This document shows, piece by piece, positions 39,806-49,023 of a DNA stretch of 64,000 bases; within the stretch, counting starts at the first letter, position 1; each line of letters begins with the position of its first letter. A program made the translations under genes and the position numbers. Origin of the DNA: an uncultured Candidatus Actinomarina sp. (GTDB taxonomy: Bacteria > Actinomycetota > Acidimicrobiia > Actinomarinales > Actinomarinaceae); assembly GCA_902626065.1 (NCBI GenBank), contig CACODT010000001.1:84986-148985 (forward strand), read 5' to 3'. Below the pieces are notes generated by a model that was not told the origin of the DNA, made no database searches, and worked only from the letters and a program-made list of their open reading frames with translations.

Positions 39806-40405
39806 GTGTCAAAAACATTTTTTAAAGCAAGTAATTTAAGTTTGGGATATTCCAATCAAATTGTCCTAAAGGATTTGAAATTTGAATTAAATCATGACCA
39901 AAACTATCAGATCGTTGGAAAGAATGGTGCAGGAAAATCAACATTATTGAACTATATATCTTTTAATTTTGATGGAACTGATTTTAATTCAAAAGTAGCA
40001 CGAAAAGATGTATTAATAAATCAAATCTCTTCAACTAAAACTTTATTAAGTGACCTCACGCTATTAGAAAACATTAATTACTTTTCAACAAATTCTGATT
40101 TAACAGAAGAAAATAAAGTCAAAGTTTTACAAAAATATTTACCGTCAAATTATTTAAATGAGAAAATAAAAAATTTTTCAAATGGAATGATTAGAAGAGC
40201 TGAACTTTCAATAATTGAAATCAAAAATCCAATAGTTTTTTGTATTGATGAACCACTTAATTTTCTTGATTATGAGGGAGTAAAGTTATTTGAAGAATTA
40301 ATTAGATACAGATCAATTAATCAAAACTGTAACATTTTATCATCTCAGGAATATGTAGATATTGATGATTTCAATTATGAGGTAATTAACTTAGATGAAT
40401 ATTAA
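39806..40405 (+). CDS. ccmA: Heme exporter ATP-binding protein CcmA-like
   Basis: Walker A GKNGAGKST, degenerate signature FSNGMIRR and Walker B VFCIDEP. First gene of the ccm cluster. Confidence 0.7.
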   Translation: MSKTFFKASNLSLGYSNQIVLKDLKFELNHDQNYQIVGKNGAGKSTLLNYISFNFDGTDFNSKVARKDVLINQISSTKTLLSDLTLLENINYFSTNSDLTEENKVKVLQKYLPSNYLNEKIKNFSNGMIRRAELSIIEIKNPIVFCIDEPLNFLDYEGVKLFEELIRYRSINQNCNILSSQEYVDIDDFNYEVINLDEY

Positions 40406-41033
40406 TAAAGATATTTTAAAAAAAGAAATATTAATAGAACTTAAAAATAGTTCATCACTTTTTTTAATCACACCAACAATGTCAGTTCTTATAATTGTAT
40501 TTCCAATACTTATTGAAAATAGATTTGCAGTTGATGGAGATTTGTTTATTATCTCACACTTATTATTTCTTATAATTTTTGCAACTCTTTTTGCAATAAG
40601 AAAACCGATTATTCTTGAAAATTTAATTAAAGAATTAAATTTTGGAAATTATTTAAGAATAGAATTTTTTAATAGTAAATCTCTTGCAGAGTTTCTTATA
40701 TTTCTTCCACAAATTTTTATCCTAAATATCTTGTTTTCAGCCTTTACAAATTCAAGTGTTAATGTTTCAATATTTTACTTTATTTTATCCATTATATTTT
40801 TTGCATTAAATGCATCGATGATCAACATAATTTTTCAAATATTTACAAGCTTTAATAATAGATTCGTTCAATTTATTTTGATTGTCCCAATATATCTTGC
40901 TCTTTCCTTTTTTATTGGTCCTCTATGGCTAGGGATAGGCCAAGAAATAGCTAATATTTACTTATTGATGTATTTAGGAATAACTATTTTTATTTATGCA
41001 ATTACGAATTACTATTTAGAAAGGGGTAGATAA
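40395..41033 (+). CDS. ccmB: Heme exporter membrane protein CcmB-like
   Basis: 212-aa protein with ~6 TM helices between ccmA and ccmC. Assigned mainly by position and topology. Confidence 0.5.
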   Translation: MNINKDILKKEILIELKNSSSLFLITPTMSVLIIVFPILIENRFAVDGDLFIISHLLFLIIFATLFAIRKPIILENLIKELNFGNYLRIEFFNSKSLAEFLIFLPQIFILNILFSAFTNSSVNVSIFYFILSIIFFALNASMINIIFQIFTSFNNRFVQFILIVPIYLALSFFIGPLWLGIGQEIANIYLLMYLGITIFIYAITNYYLERGR

Positions 41034-41034
41034 A

Positions 41035-41703
41035 ATGATGCTTTACGGACCACTTTTAGTTTGGGTATTAGTAAGCGCCTTTGGGCCTTATGATATAGTT
41101 CAAGGACCATCGTCCAAACTTCTTTACGTTCATGTTCCTACGGTATGGATAGCATATCTTGCTTACACACTCACTTTTGTTTATTCATTACTTTATGTTA
41201 TTAAAAAAAATCCAAAATACGATTCTAGAGCTGAAGCTAATGCAAAATCTGGAGTTATATTTACTGCTTCCACACTTGTAGCAGGCTCAGTTTGGGGTAA
41301 ATTTACATGGGGAACATGGTGGGTTTGGGGAGATGCAAGATTAAATCTTACAGCTATTTTATTGCTTGTTTATCTTGGTTATTTAGCTTCTAGAAGGTTT
41401 ACGGATGATTTAGGTAAAACAGCTCGAAACTCATCATTTATTGGTATTTTTGGTGTAATTCAAATACCAATTTTACATTTTAGCGTTATTTGGTGGCGCT
41501 CAGTTCATCAACAAGCCTCAATATTGAGTCAAGAAACTGTTTCCAGTGGTGATGCTCCGATGTCACCTGATATACTCACAACACTTTTAGTAAGTGTTGT
41601 TTTAGTGACATTGGTGCATGTATTTCTTGCAAAAAAATTTAGAATTACGGCTGATCAAATATGGGATGATTATCTAAATCCTAAATCAAGGGCTAAAATT
41701 TAA
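41035..41703 (+). CDS. ccmC: Heme exporter protein CcmC
   Basis: WWD-domain motif WGTWWVWGDARL and conserved His residues in YVHVP and ILHFS. Six TM helices. Confidence 0.85.
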   Translation: MMLYGPLLVWVLVSAFGPYDIVQGPSSKLLYVHVPTVWIAYLAYTLTFVYSLLYVIKKNPKYDSRAEANAKSGVIFTASTLVAGSVWGKFTWGTWWVWGDARLNLTAILLLVYLGYLASRRFTDDLGKTARNSSFIGIFGVIQIPILHFSVIWWRSVHQQASILSQETVSSGDAPMSPDILTTLLVSVVLVTLVHVFLAKKFRITADQIWDDYLNPKSRAKI

Positions 41704-41710
41704 ATAATAA

Positions 41711-42115
41711 GTGAAAAAAAATATAGTTCTTATCCTTTTAGGGATTGTAATAATTGTTTTTGCAAGTATCAGAATTGCGTCAACTAATACAATTTATTAT
41801 TACACCACAACAGAAGCCGATTACTTTTCTAAAACGTCAGATGAAAGGATAAAACTAGGTGGCTTTGTTGTGAGTGATTCTGTCAAAAAAGGAGAACTAG
41901 GAGTTACAGAATTTTTAATCACTGATGGGAATGTAATAATGACAATAATCTTCGACGGGTTTATACCAGAGTTATTTCAAGATGACATGGGTGTGATATT
42001 GGATGGCTATTTTGAAAATGGTATCTTTTACTCTGATGATATGTTGGTGAAACATGATAATCAATATGTCTCCGACGATGGAGAAGTATATGATGTAGAA
42101 AATTACAAAAAATGA
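41711..42115 (+). CDS. ccmE: Cytochrome c maturation heme chaperone CcmE
   Basis: N-terminal membrane anchor, OB-fold body (RIKLGGFVV) and VKHDNQY (HxxxY heme-binding motif). Confidence 0.85.
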   Translation: MKKNIVLILLGIVIIVFASIRIASTNTIYYYTTTEADYFSKTSDERIKLGGFVVSDSVKKGELGVTEFLITDGNVIMTIIFDGFIPELFQDDMGVILDGYFENGIFYSDDMLVKHDNQYVSDDGEVYDVENYKK

Positions 42116-43995
42116 TATCATCTATTGGTATTGTTTTGAGTTGGATTGGCTTTGTAAATTTAGCAACGCTAATTTTTTCAAAAAAGAAAAATTTATTTCA
42201 AACACTTGTTCGTGTAAATCTATACATACATTTTTTATTATTCTGTTTACTGGAAATTGGACTTTTTTTAGATGATTTCTCTATTTATTACATTGCGAAT
42301 CATTCAGCAACATCAACACCTCCTCTGTACAAATTTGCTTCTCTCTGGGGTTCATTGGATGGTTCTATTCTTTTATGGAATTTTGTATTAAGTATCTATT
42401 TTTATTTATATGTGAAATATTATCGAGCTACAACAGAACTCTATGACATAAAAATTTTTGCATTTATAATTTTATTCTTTAACGGATTTACGATTTTTAG
42501 TTCTTCTCCATTTGCAGGTTGTATTCAACTCGCATCGCTTGGTTGTCAAGATTTTACATTATTACCTTTTCAAGATTTAGTTATTTCTGATGCTGGAAGA
42601 GGCCCAAACCCTCTTCTACAAAATCACCCTTTAATGGCAATCCATCCACCTGTTTTATATCTTGGTTATGTTGGTTTGGTTCTTCCTTTTGTTGTGGCAA
42701 CTAGTGAACTTTTTAATAAATATAAAGATGAAAATTGGATAAAAATTGCTGAAAAGGCAACATATTTTCCATGGGTATTTTTAACAGCTGGTATATCACT
42801 CGGTGCAGCTTGGTCCTATGAGGTACTTGGATGGGGAGGATATTGGGCTTGGGATCCAGTTGAAAATGTCTCATTTATTCCCTGGTTACTGGCAACTGCT
42901 TTTCTTCATTCCTCTAAAACTCAGATCAAAGAACGCACATTAATTAATTGGAATTATGTACTTGCATGCTTAATGTTCCTGTCTGTAATTTTTGGAACAT
43001 TTATAACAAGATCTGGGGTTTTAATTTCTGTTCATGCTTTTTCAAATGGAAATATTGGAACATACTTATTAATTGGATTGTTAGCATTTACCTCTTTATT
43101 TATTTTCATTGGAATAAATAATGTTGAATATTTTAAAAGTTCAAAAAAAGTAAAAAACTTATTTGGAAGATCAGGATTTTTTGTAGCAAATAATATTATT
43201 TTATCTGCTTCTGCCTTAATTGTTTTAATTGGAACCGTATACCCTATTTTTTATGAATCATTTTTTGAAAGACAACTTACAATGGGTAGATCTTTTTATG
43301 ACATACTGGTAGGTCCATTGCTATTAATTCTTGTATATCTAATGACCTTTTCAACAAAAGTGACAAAAGTAAATTTAAATCTTAAAAAATGGATTATTCA
43401 AAATCAAAATGAAATAAATATCACGCTAGTGATATCCATAATTTCTACAGTATATTTTAAAGCATCTTACAAATTTGTATTCGCAATATTTGGATCAGTT
43501 TTATTAAGCGTAATAATATTAAAAAATATAATTACAAGACTAAAAAGAACAAAGTTGCAAGGGACATATTGGACAGGACAGGTTTCACATTTAGGTATTG
43601 GAATTTTTACGATTGGACTAATTCTCAATGTTACACAAAGTTTTTCAAATGAATTAATCATCTCAGCAGGCGATACAGTAAATTTTGGAGACAAAAACTT
43701 TACAATTTTAAGTCCATATGAAGAAATTAAACAAGAAAAAAATGTAATAAATCTTCCAATAGAATTTGATAGTAAAGAAAAGAATGCATCATTGAATATT
43801 TTTAAAAATTCTTCTCAACAAGCAATTAGTTCACCTGCAGTTTTTAGAAGTATTGAAAGTGATACATACATAACGATCAAAGTCATAGACGATGATAAAT
43901 TTAAATTAATATTTAGAGAAAATTATGGAATCTTTATTCTTTGGCTTGGATTAGCGACAAGTTCAGCATCATTTCTTACAAGGGTCAAAAAATGA
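42112..43995 (+). CDS. ccmF: Cytochrome c heme lyase subunit CcmF
   Basis: 627-aa polytopic protein with the WWD motif WGGYWAWDPVEN. Confidence 0.9.
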   Translation: MISSIGIVLSWIGFVNLATLIFSKKKNLFQTLVRVNLYIHFLLFCLLEIGLFLDDFSIYYIANHSATSTPPLYKFASLWGSLDGSILLWNFVLSIYFYLYVKYYRATTELYDIKIFAFIILFFNGFTIFSSSPFAGCIQLASLGCQDFTLLPFQDLVISDAGRGPNPLLQNHPLMAIHPPVLYLGYVGLVLPFVVATSELFNKYKDENWIKIAEKATYFPWVFLTAGISLGAAWSYEVLGWGGYWAWDPVENVSFIPWLLATAFLHSSKTQIKERTLINWNYVLACLMFLSVIFGTFITRSGVLISVHAFSNGNIGTYLLIGLLAFTSLFIFIGINNVEYFKSSKKVKNLFGRSGFFVANNIILSASALIVLIGTVYPIFYESFFERQLTMGRSFYDILVGPLLLILVYLMTFSTKVTKVNLNLKKWIIQNQNEINITLVISIISTVYFKASYKFVFAIFGSVLLSVIILKNIITRLKRTKLQGTYWTGQVSHLGIGIFTIGLILNVTQSFSNELIISAGDTVNFGDKNFTILSPYEEIKQEKNVINLPIEFDSKEKNASLNIFKNSSQQAISSPAVFRSIESDTYITIKVIDDDKFKLIFRENYGIFILWLGLATSSASFLTRVKK

Positions 43996-44348
43996 AAAAG
44001 TATATGACACTTTTTTTATTTCTAATTTTGCTAATTTTACCAATTATTGTTTATGAAGATAAAGATTCGAGATATGAAAAATTAAGTAAAAGTTTACTAT
44101 GCCCGGTTTGTCAGGGTGAGACTTTGTATGATTCACCATCTGAATATGCTGATGATATGAGATCAGTTTTGAAAGAACAGATTGATAATGGTTTAAGTGA
44201 TGAACAAATAATGGATTATTGGACAGCAAGATTTGGTGAAAGAATAAATACAAATCCTCAAGATACAAATTTACTATTGATAATTCTTCCTATAATATTT
44301 TCTTTTGTTTTTGGATATCTTTTTTATAGGAAGGTAAGAAATGAATAA
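43992..44348 (+). CDS. ccmH: Cytochrome c maturation protein CcmH
   Basis: LLCPVCQGETLYDS (LRCxxCQ motif) and a C-terminal TM helix. The ATG overlaps the ccmF stop (ATGA). The longer ORF call from 43941 lies inside ccmF. Confidence 0.8.
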   Translation: MKKYMTLFLFLILLILPIIVYEDKDSRYEKLSKSLLCPVCQGETLYDSPSEYADDMRSVLKEQIDNGLSDEQIMDYWTARFGERINTNPQDTNLLLIILPIIFSFVFGYLFYRKVRNE

Positions 44349-44871
44349 ATGGTTAATATCCTTATTTTCATTATTGATATTTATGGGTATATTGTTCATT
44401 AATCTTCAAGAAAATTCAGAATTTAATGATGAATTTAATACTAATTTGGCAAATGTAACAAATGAAGAAATGGAAGCTGTCATAGAGCAAAATCCAGACA
44501 TTCATCCAATGAGAATGGCTCTAGCAAACAGGTACTTCGATGAGGTCAATTATTCTGAAGCACTTCCCCACTTTATGTATATTGCAGAAAATAGTGCGGA
44601 GAATGAACTTAAAAGTTTTGCGTTGGCACAAATAGGTTGGATGGTTTTTGAATCAAATAATGTTGAAGTTGCTACAACGTATATAAATGAATCGTTGAGA
44701 ATAAATAGCGATTCTCTTGTGGCTAGATCTTATTTAGGAATTATTTATATCCAAAATCCTGAAACCAAAAATGAAGGTCTTGAAATATTGAATTCAGTTA
44801 TCCAATCAAATAAATTAAACAAGGAAGATAGAGACTTTATAAATGAAATACTTGAAAATTATGAGAATTAA
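44341..44871 (+). CDS. TPR-repeat protein, CcmI/CycH-like
   Basis: N-terminal TM helix followed by TPR-like helical repeats. Lies between ccmH and ccmG. Confidence 0.45.
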   Translation: MNKWLISLFSLLIFMGILFINLQENSEFNDEFNTNLANVTNEEMEAVIEQNPDIHPMRMALANRYFDEVNYSEALPHFMYIAENSAENELKSFALAQIGWMVFESNNVEVATTYINESLRINSDSLVARSYLGIIYIQNPETKNEGLEILNSVIQSNKLNKEDRDFINEILENYEN

Positions 44872-45334
44872 AATAATTTTAGTTTTTTTACTCTGCTTTT
44901 CCTTTTGCTCTAATATTCAAGAAGAATCTCAAGAAAATATACAAATATTTAATTTAAATCTTAATTCACTAACTGATGGAATCGATCTTCAACTCAATCC
45001 AGAATTTCTAGTTATTAACTACTGGGCATCCTGGTGTTTAGAATGTATTGAAGAACACGAACTTCTAATTACTCTAGCGGAAACACAGAAATTAGAAAAT
45101 AAAGTCATAATGGTAAGTTTTCAAGACAATGACGAAAATGCTATTGAATTCTTAAATAATTATGGTTACGGAAAAATAATTTATGCAATCGATGATAAAA
45201 GTAAACTGGCAATTGATTCGGGCGTTTTTGGAGTGCCAGAAACACATATTATTGTTGATGGTGAAATTGTACAAAAATTTATTGGGCCTTTAAACCTCTC
45301 AAATATTGAGGAAATTATAAATAATTATCCATAA
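44843..45334 (+). CDS. ccmG: Thiol:disulfide interchange protein CcmG/DsbE (TlpA-like thioredoxin)
   Basis: Signal/anchor sequence, NYWASWCLEC (CxxC) and GVFGVPETHII motifs. Confidence 0.8.
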   Translation: MKYLKIMRIKIILVFLLCFSFCSNIQEESQENIQIFNLNLNSLTDGIDLQLNPEFLVINYWASWCLECIEEHELLITLAETQKLENKVIMVSFQDNDENAIEFLNNYGYGKIIYAIDDKSKLAIDSGVFGVPETHIIVDGEIVQKFIGPLNLSNIEEIINNYP

Positions 45335-45362
45335 GAAAAACAATTGATACTATTCTTAAAAT

Positions 45363-45690
45363 GTGAGGTGGATAATCGCGATTAATCGAGGAAAGTCCGG
45401 ACTCCGAAGAGCAGAGAGCTGGGTAACTCCCAGGCAAGAAATTGACGGAAAGTGCAACAGAAAACAAACCGCCTACATATGTAGGTAAGGGTGAAAAGGT
45501 AGTGTAAGAGACTACCAGTAATTTAAGAGATTAAATTAGCTTGTAAACCCCTCTCGGAGCAATACCAAAAAGCAATTAGCTTGCTCGGCAAAAAATTGTG
45601 GGTAGGTAGCTAGATATATTTGGTAACAAATATACAAGATGGATGATTATCTTACACAATGTGTAAACAGAATCCGGCTTACAGCCTTAC
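45363..45690 (+). ncRNA. rnpB: RNase P RNA, bacterial type A
   Basis: Universally conserved P4 strands GAGGAAAGTCCGG (5') and ACAGAATCCGGCTTA (3'), plus ACAGAAAACAAACCGCC and GGTAAGGGTGAAA. P1 pairing is gtgagg/ccttac. About 330 nt. Confidence 0.9.
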
Positions 45691-45698
45691 TAAAACAT

Positions 45699-45722
45699 GG
45701 GTGCCTCTTTATTGAGGCACCC
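45699..45722 (+). terminator. 9-bp GC-rich hairpin immediately 3' of rnpB (terminator or processing stem; no U-tract)
   Basis: gggtgcctc-tttatt-gaggcaccc, a perfect stem. It is followed by acctaaaaatt rather than a T-run. Confidence 0.45.
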
Positions 45723-45754
45723 ACCTAAAAATTCAATGTTATTAATCTACAAAG

Positions 45755-46735
45755 ATGACTAAATTTTCTTATTTTCTTGGGTCTGAACAATGGCAACCTG
45801 AAACTCTATTAAAGCATGCTCAACTAGCTAAAAAAGCGGGATTTGATATGGTAACAATCTCAGAGCATTTTCATCCTTGGGTGGATGATTATTCTGCCTC
45901 AAATTTTACTTGGACAACACTTGGAGCACTTGCCAAAGATCTCAACAATATGGATTTAGGAACAGGTGTTACAACTCCTTTGTGGAGAATTCACCCTGGT
46001 GTAATTGCACAGGCATCAGCGACAGTCGATAGATTAACAAATTCTACTTTTCACCTTGGTGTTGGTACTGGTGAGAATATTAATGAAGGACCACTAGGTT
46101 ACAATTTTCCAAAGTATGATGAAAGAGCTAATCGAATGAAAGAAGCTCTAACAATTATAAAAAGACTACTTTCAGGAGAAAAATTAACGTTTGAAGGAGA
46201 ATATTATACAACTAATTCTGCAAAGTTATACTCCCCTCCTCTTAAAGAAGTGCCTATCTGGTTGGCGGCTGGAGGACCTAAATCATCTATGTTAGCTGCA
46301 GAGTATGCAGATGGACTCATGATAAGTGTAAAGAATCCTGATGAAGCATATGAAAAAGTAATCAACCCCTCAGTGCAAAAATCAGAAGAACTTGGAAAAT
46401 CAAAATTAAGAGTTCATACTTATAGGTGGACAATGTTTGCAGATAACGATGAAGATGCTTGGGAGTCACTAAAGTCCTGGAGAGGTCTTAGAGCACCAAA
46501 TAGATTACAAGAATTAGATCCAATGGTTTTAAGACAAACAGCAGATTCATTAGAGCGTGAAGAGTTAATGTCAAAATTCTCTAGAGCAGGAACAGTTGAT
46601 GAGCTTTTAGATATTTACAAACCACTTGTAGATGATTTTGAATCAGAAATTGTGACGATTCAAATATCATCAATTGATCAAGAAGGAACTATTGAGCTCC
46701 TAGGTAAAGAACTTTTACCAAAGTTAAAGAAATAA
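45755..46735 (+). CDS. LLM-class (luciferase-like) F420-dependent oxidoreductase, G6PDH-family-like
   Basis: N-terminus FSYFLGSEQWQPETLLKHAQLAKKAGFDMVTISEHFHPW resembles the F420-dependent glucose-6-phosphate dehydrogenase-related LLM subfamily. Confidence 0.6.
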   Translation: MTKFSYFLGSEQWQPETLLKHAQLAKKAGFDMVTISEHFHPWVDDYSASNFTWTTLGALAKDLNNMDLGTGVTTPLWRIHPGVIAQASATVDRLTNSTFHLGVGTGENINEGPLGYNFPKYDERANRMKEALTIIKRLLSGEKLTFEGEYYTTNSAKLYSPPLKEVPIWLAAGGPKSSMLAAEYADGLMISVKNPDEAYEKVINPSVQKSEELGKSKLRVHTYRWTMFADNDEDAWESLKSWRGLRAPNRLQELDPMVLRQTADSLEREELMSKFSRAGTVDELLDIYKPLVDDFESEIVTIQISSIDQEGTIELLGKELLPKLKK

Positions 46736-46738
46736 AAT

Positions 46739-47467
46739 TTGTTTAAATTATTTTTTATTGGATTAGTTGGTGGCTTGCTCTCAGGTTTGTTAGGCGTTGG
46801 TGGTGGAGTTATATTCGTTCCTCTCTTAACTTATATGACAAACAAAAATTTTAAAATTAATACTGGAATTTCATCTATGGCTATTATTTTTGTTGCGTCT
46901 GCAAGTGGTTTTACATATATTCTTAATGGAATTTCTTTAACTTTTAATATTTTTTATTTGGTAGTTGGTGGAATTATTGGTGGATATGTTGGAAGCAAGA
47001 TAACAGCTAAAATTCAAACAAAATCTCTTGAAAGAATATTTTCCATATTACTAATAATTGTTGCAATTCGAATGTTTTTGAACACAAGTTTTCAATCAGC
47101 TTTTAATGAGAATCCAATATTTTATATTTTTATTGGTTTAGTAACTGGAATCTTGTCGGGATTATTAGGTATAGGTGGAGGTATTGTAAGGATACCTTTA
47201 TTAATTATTTTTGGTGGACTAGAGAATATAGTTGCACAAGGATTTTCACTTGTAGCTACTATTCCTACAGCTATGACAGCCGCCGTAACAAAGCTTAGAG
47301 GTAGTCCTGAATTAATCAAAGAAGGGACATATATTGGTATTTTTGGAATTATTGGATCGATTATAGGGGCAAATACTGCTTTTTTACTCAGCCAAGATAT
47401 TTTAAATACTATCTTTGCAATATTTCTTTTGTTAGTGAGTTTAAATCTTTATTTAAAAAAAGATTAA
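46739..47467 (+). CDS. TauE/SafE-family (DUF81) anion permease
   Basis: Internally duplicated ~8-TM protein with GLLGVGGGVIFVPLL and GLLGIGGGIVRIPLL repeats. Confidence 0.75.
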   Translation: MFKLFFIGLVGGLLSGLLGVGGGVIFVPLLTYMTNKNFKINTGISSMAIIFVASASGFTYILNGISLTFNIFYLVVGGIIGGYVGSKITAKIQTKSLERIFSILLIIVAIRMFLNTSFQSAFNENPIFYIFIGLVTGILSGLLGIGGGIVRIPLLIIFGGLENIVAQGFSLVATIPTAMTAAVTKLRGSPELIKEGTYIGIFGIIGSIIGANTAFLLSQDILNTIFAIFLLLVSLNLYLKKD

Positions 47468-47925
47468 ATTAAACCCTCCCTAAAAAAAATATCTGCTTTT
47501 TCAACTGTATTAATTTTTGAATATAGATATGAAAAGCCTGCAACTTCCTGAAGTAATAAAATTAGAAAGCCCCTAGAAGTTGTTTCAACTGATTCAAAAG
47601 GAAGTGGAAAAAATAAAATATGCTGATTCAACCACATAAAATCTAAAAACTGATGAAGAAAAATACCTATTGAAATTAGTAAAAAGTTATTTCTAAAAGC
47701 CGTCTTTCTTCGGGTTAATATCATTGTAATAACCAGTATCGTGATACTGAATATCAATGTGTGACCAGGTTGATTAAAAGCAATCTTTAAACCAACAAAG
47801 TTAAATAAAAAATCAACAAAATCTGGAAATAGTGCTCCTCCGACTAAATATCTTAGATCAGCACCATAATCTTTGTAAACATATCTAAAAATAAATATTG
47901 AGAATCCAACATGCCAAAATAACAT
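47464..47925 (-). CDS. Hypothetical membrane protein (possibly DUF457/YdjM-like)
   Basis: 153-aa polytopic protein with weak GHTLIFS and HQFLD motifs. Confidence 0.3.
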   Translation of the reverse strand: MLFWHVGFSIFIFRYVYKDYGADLRYLVGGALFPDFVDFLFNFVGLKIAFNQPGHTLIFSITILVITMILTRRKTAFRNNFLLISIGIFLHQFLDFMWLNQHILFFPLPFESVETTSRGFLILLLQEVAGFSYLYSKINTVEKADIFFREGLI

Positions 47926-47926
47926 A

Positions 47927-48319
47927 CTAAGAATCCAAAGCTAAGTTAGCTAATTCGTCTGCACGTTTATTATTTTCTCGGTATACATGATTAATACTTA
48001 TAAATTCAAGCTTTTCAATATGCTCTAAAACTTTATCTCTTAAGGGCTTTAAATTATTAGATTTTACTTTATAGTTTCCATTTACTTGCTCCACAACTAG
48101 TTTGGAATCTAGAAATACTTCAAGATTCAAATAATTATTTTTTACACAATAATCAAGTGCACTTTCTAATGCTAAATATTCTGCCTCATTGTTACTTGCA
48201 ACTCCAATGGCTTTTGATATTGTAAAAATTTCTCTTTCCTCAGATTCTATACTTACACCAATTGCGGCCTCACCAGGATTAGAACGAGATGCTCCATCAC
48301 AAAATACTTTATATTTCAT
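47927..48319 (-). CDS. Ribonuclease HI-family protein
   Basis: DGASRSNPG, NNEAEYLAL and NKRADELAN catalytic DEDD-context motifs. Confidence 0.8.
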   Translation of the reverse strand: MKYKVFCDGASRSNPGEAAIGVSIESEEREIFTISKAIGVASNNEAEYLALESALDYCVKNNYLNLEVFLDSKLVVEQVNGNYKVKSNNLKPLRDKVLEHIEKLEFISINHVYRENNKRADELANLALDS

Positions 48320-49023
48320 ATAACTACACCGTCACAATAACTACATTGTTGAAACTTTGATTCTAAAATTTGTTCAATTTCAGCAGATGTTAACTCTACC
48401 CCACAACAACCACATTGGTTTTCATTTCGATATGCCGCTACAACTTCTAAACCTCTTTTTTTTAAATTATCATAGAGAACTTTTAATTCATCAGGAAAAG
48501 TTGAGATAAATTCAAGTTTTTCTTTTTCCAGAACTGGTATTTGACTATCAATTTTATCCCATTCATCTTTAACAATTTTTGATAAATTAATTAATTGATT
48601 TTTAATATCTTCCAAAGAATTTTCATGATCATTCATAATCAGTAATTGATCTGAATTTTTTTCTTTTAAATTTTGTACTTGTAATTTTAATTTATCAACT
48701 TGTATTTTTAGTGACTCTTTTTGATTTGAATAATTCAATGTTTCACTAGGATCTAAAGATGTTCCTGATAATTTTTCCCGAATATCATTTATTTGAAGTT
48801 CTAAAGACGTGACCTTTTTTTCGTTATCTTCTTTAATTGTGAAAAATTCGCTTAATTCTTTTTTATCTTCATTAATTTTTTCCGATAAATTTTTATATTC
48901 TAACTCCAATGTTTTTAGATTAAGTACATTTTCACTGTTACTTTTAGACTCAATAAGTTTATAAATTTTATTATCTAAATCTTGCAGTTCAACTAAGTTA
49001 CTTAATAAAAAAGGCTCATTCAT
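48316..49023 (-). CDS. Coiled-coil zinc-ribbon protein (COG1579/DUF164-like)
   Basis: Long coiled coil followed by CGCCGV...CSYCDG (C4 ribbon). The Nif3 / Zn-ribbon / RNase H order is conserved in Actinobacteria. Confidence 0.7.
   Translation of the reverse strand: MNEPFLLSNLVELQDLDNKIYKLIESKSNSENVLNLKTLELEYKNLSEKINEDKKELSEFFTIKEDNEKKVTSLELQINDIREKLSGTSLDPSETLNYSNQKESLKIQVDKLKLQVQNLKEKNSDQLLIMNDHENSLEDIKNQLINLSKIVKDEWDKIDSQIPVLEKEKLEFISTFPDELKVLYDNLKKRGLEVVAAYRNENQCGCCGVELTSAEIEQILESKFQQCSYCDGVVI

Noticed and set aside
45344-45362. TTGATA and TAAAAT hexamers upstream of rnpB, considered as its promoter.
   Set aside because: The hexamers are only ~7 nt apart, far from the 16-18 nt spacing a sigma-70-type promoter needs. 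I could not support any promoter call here.
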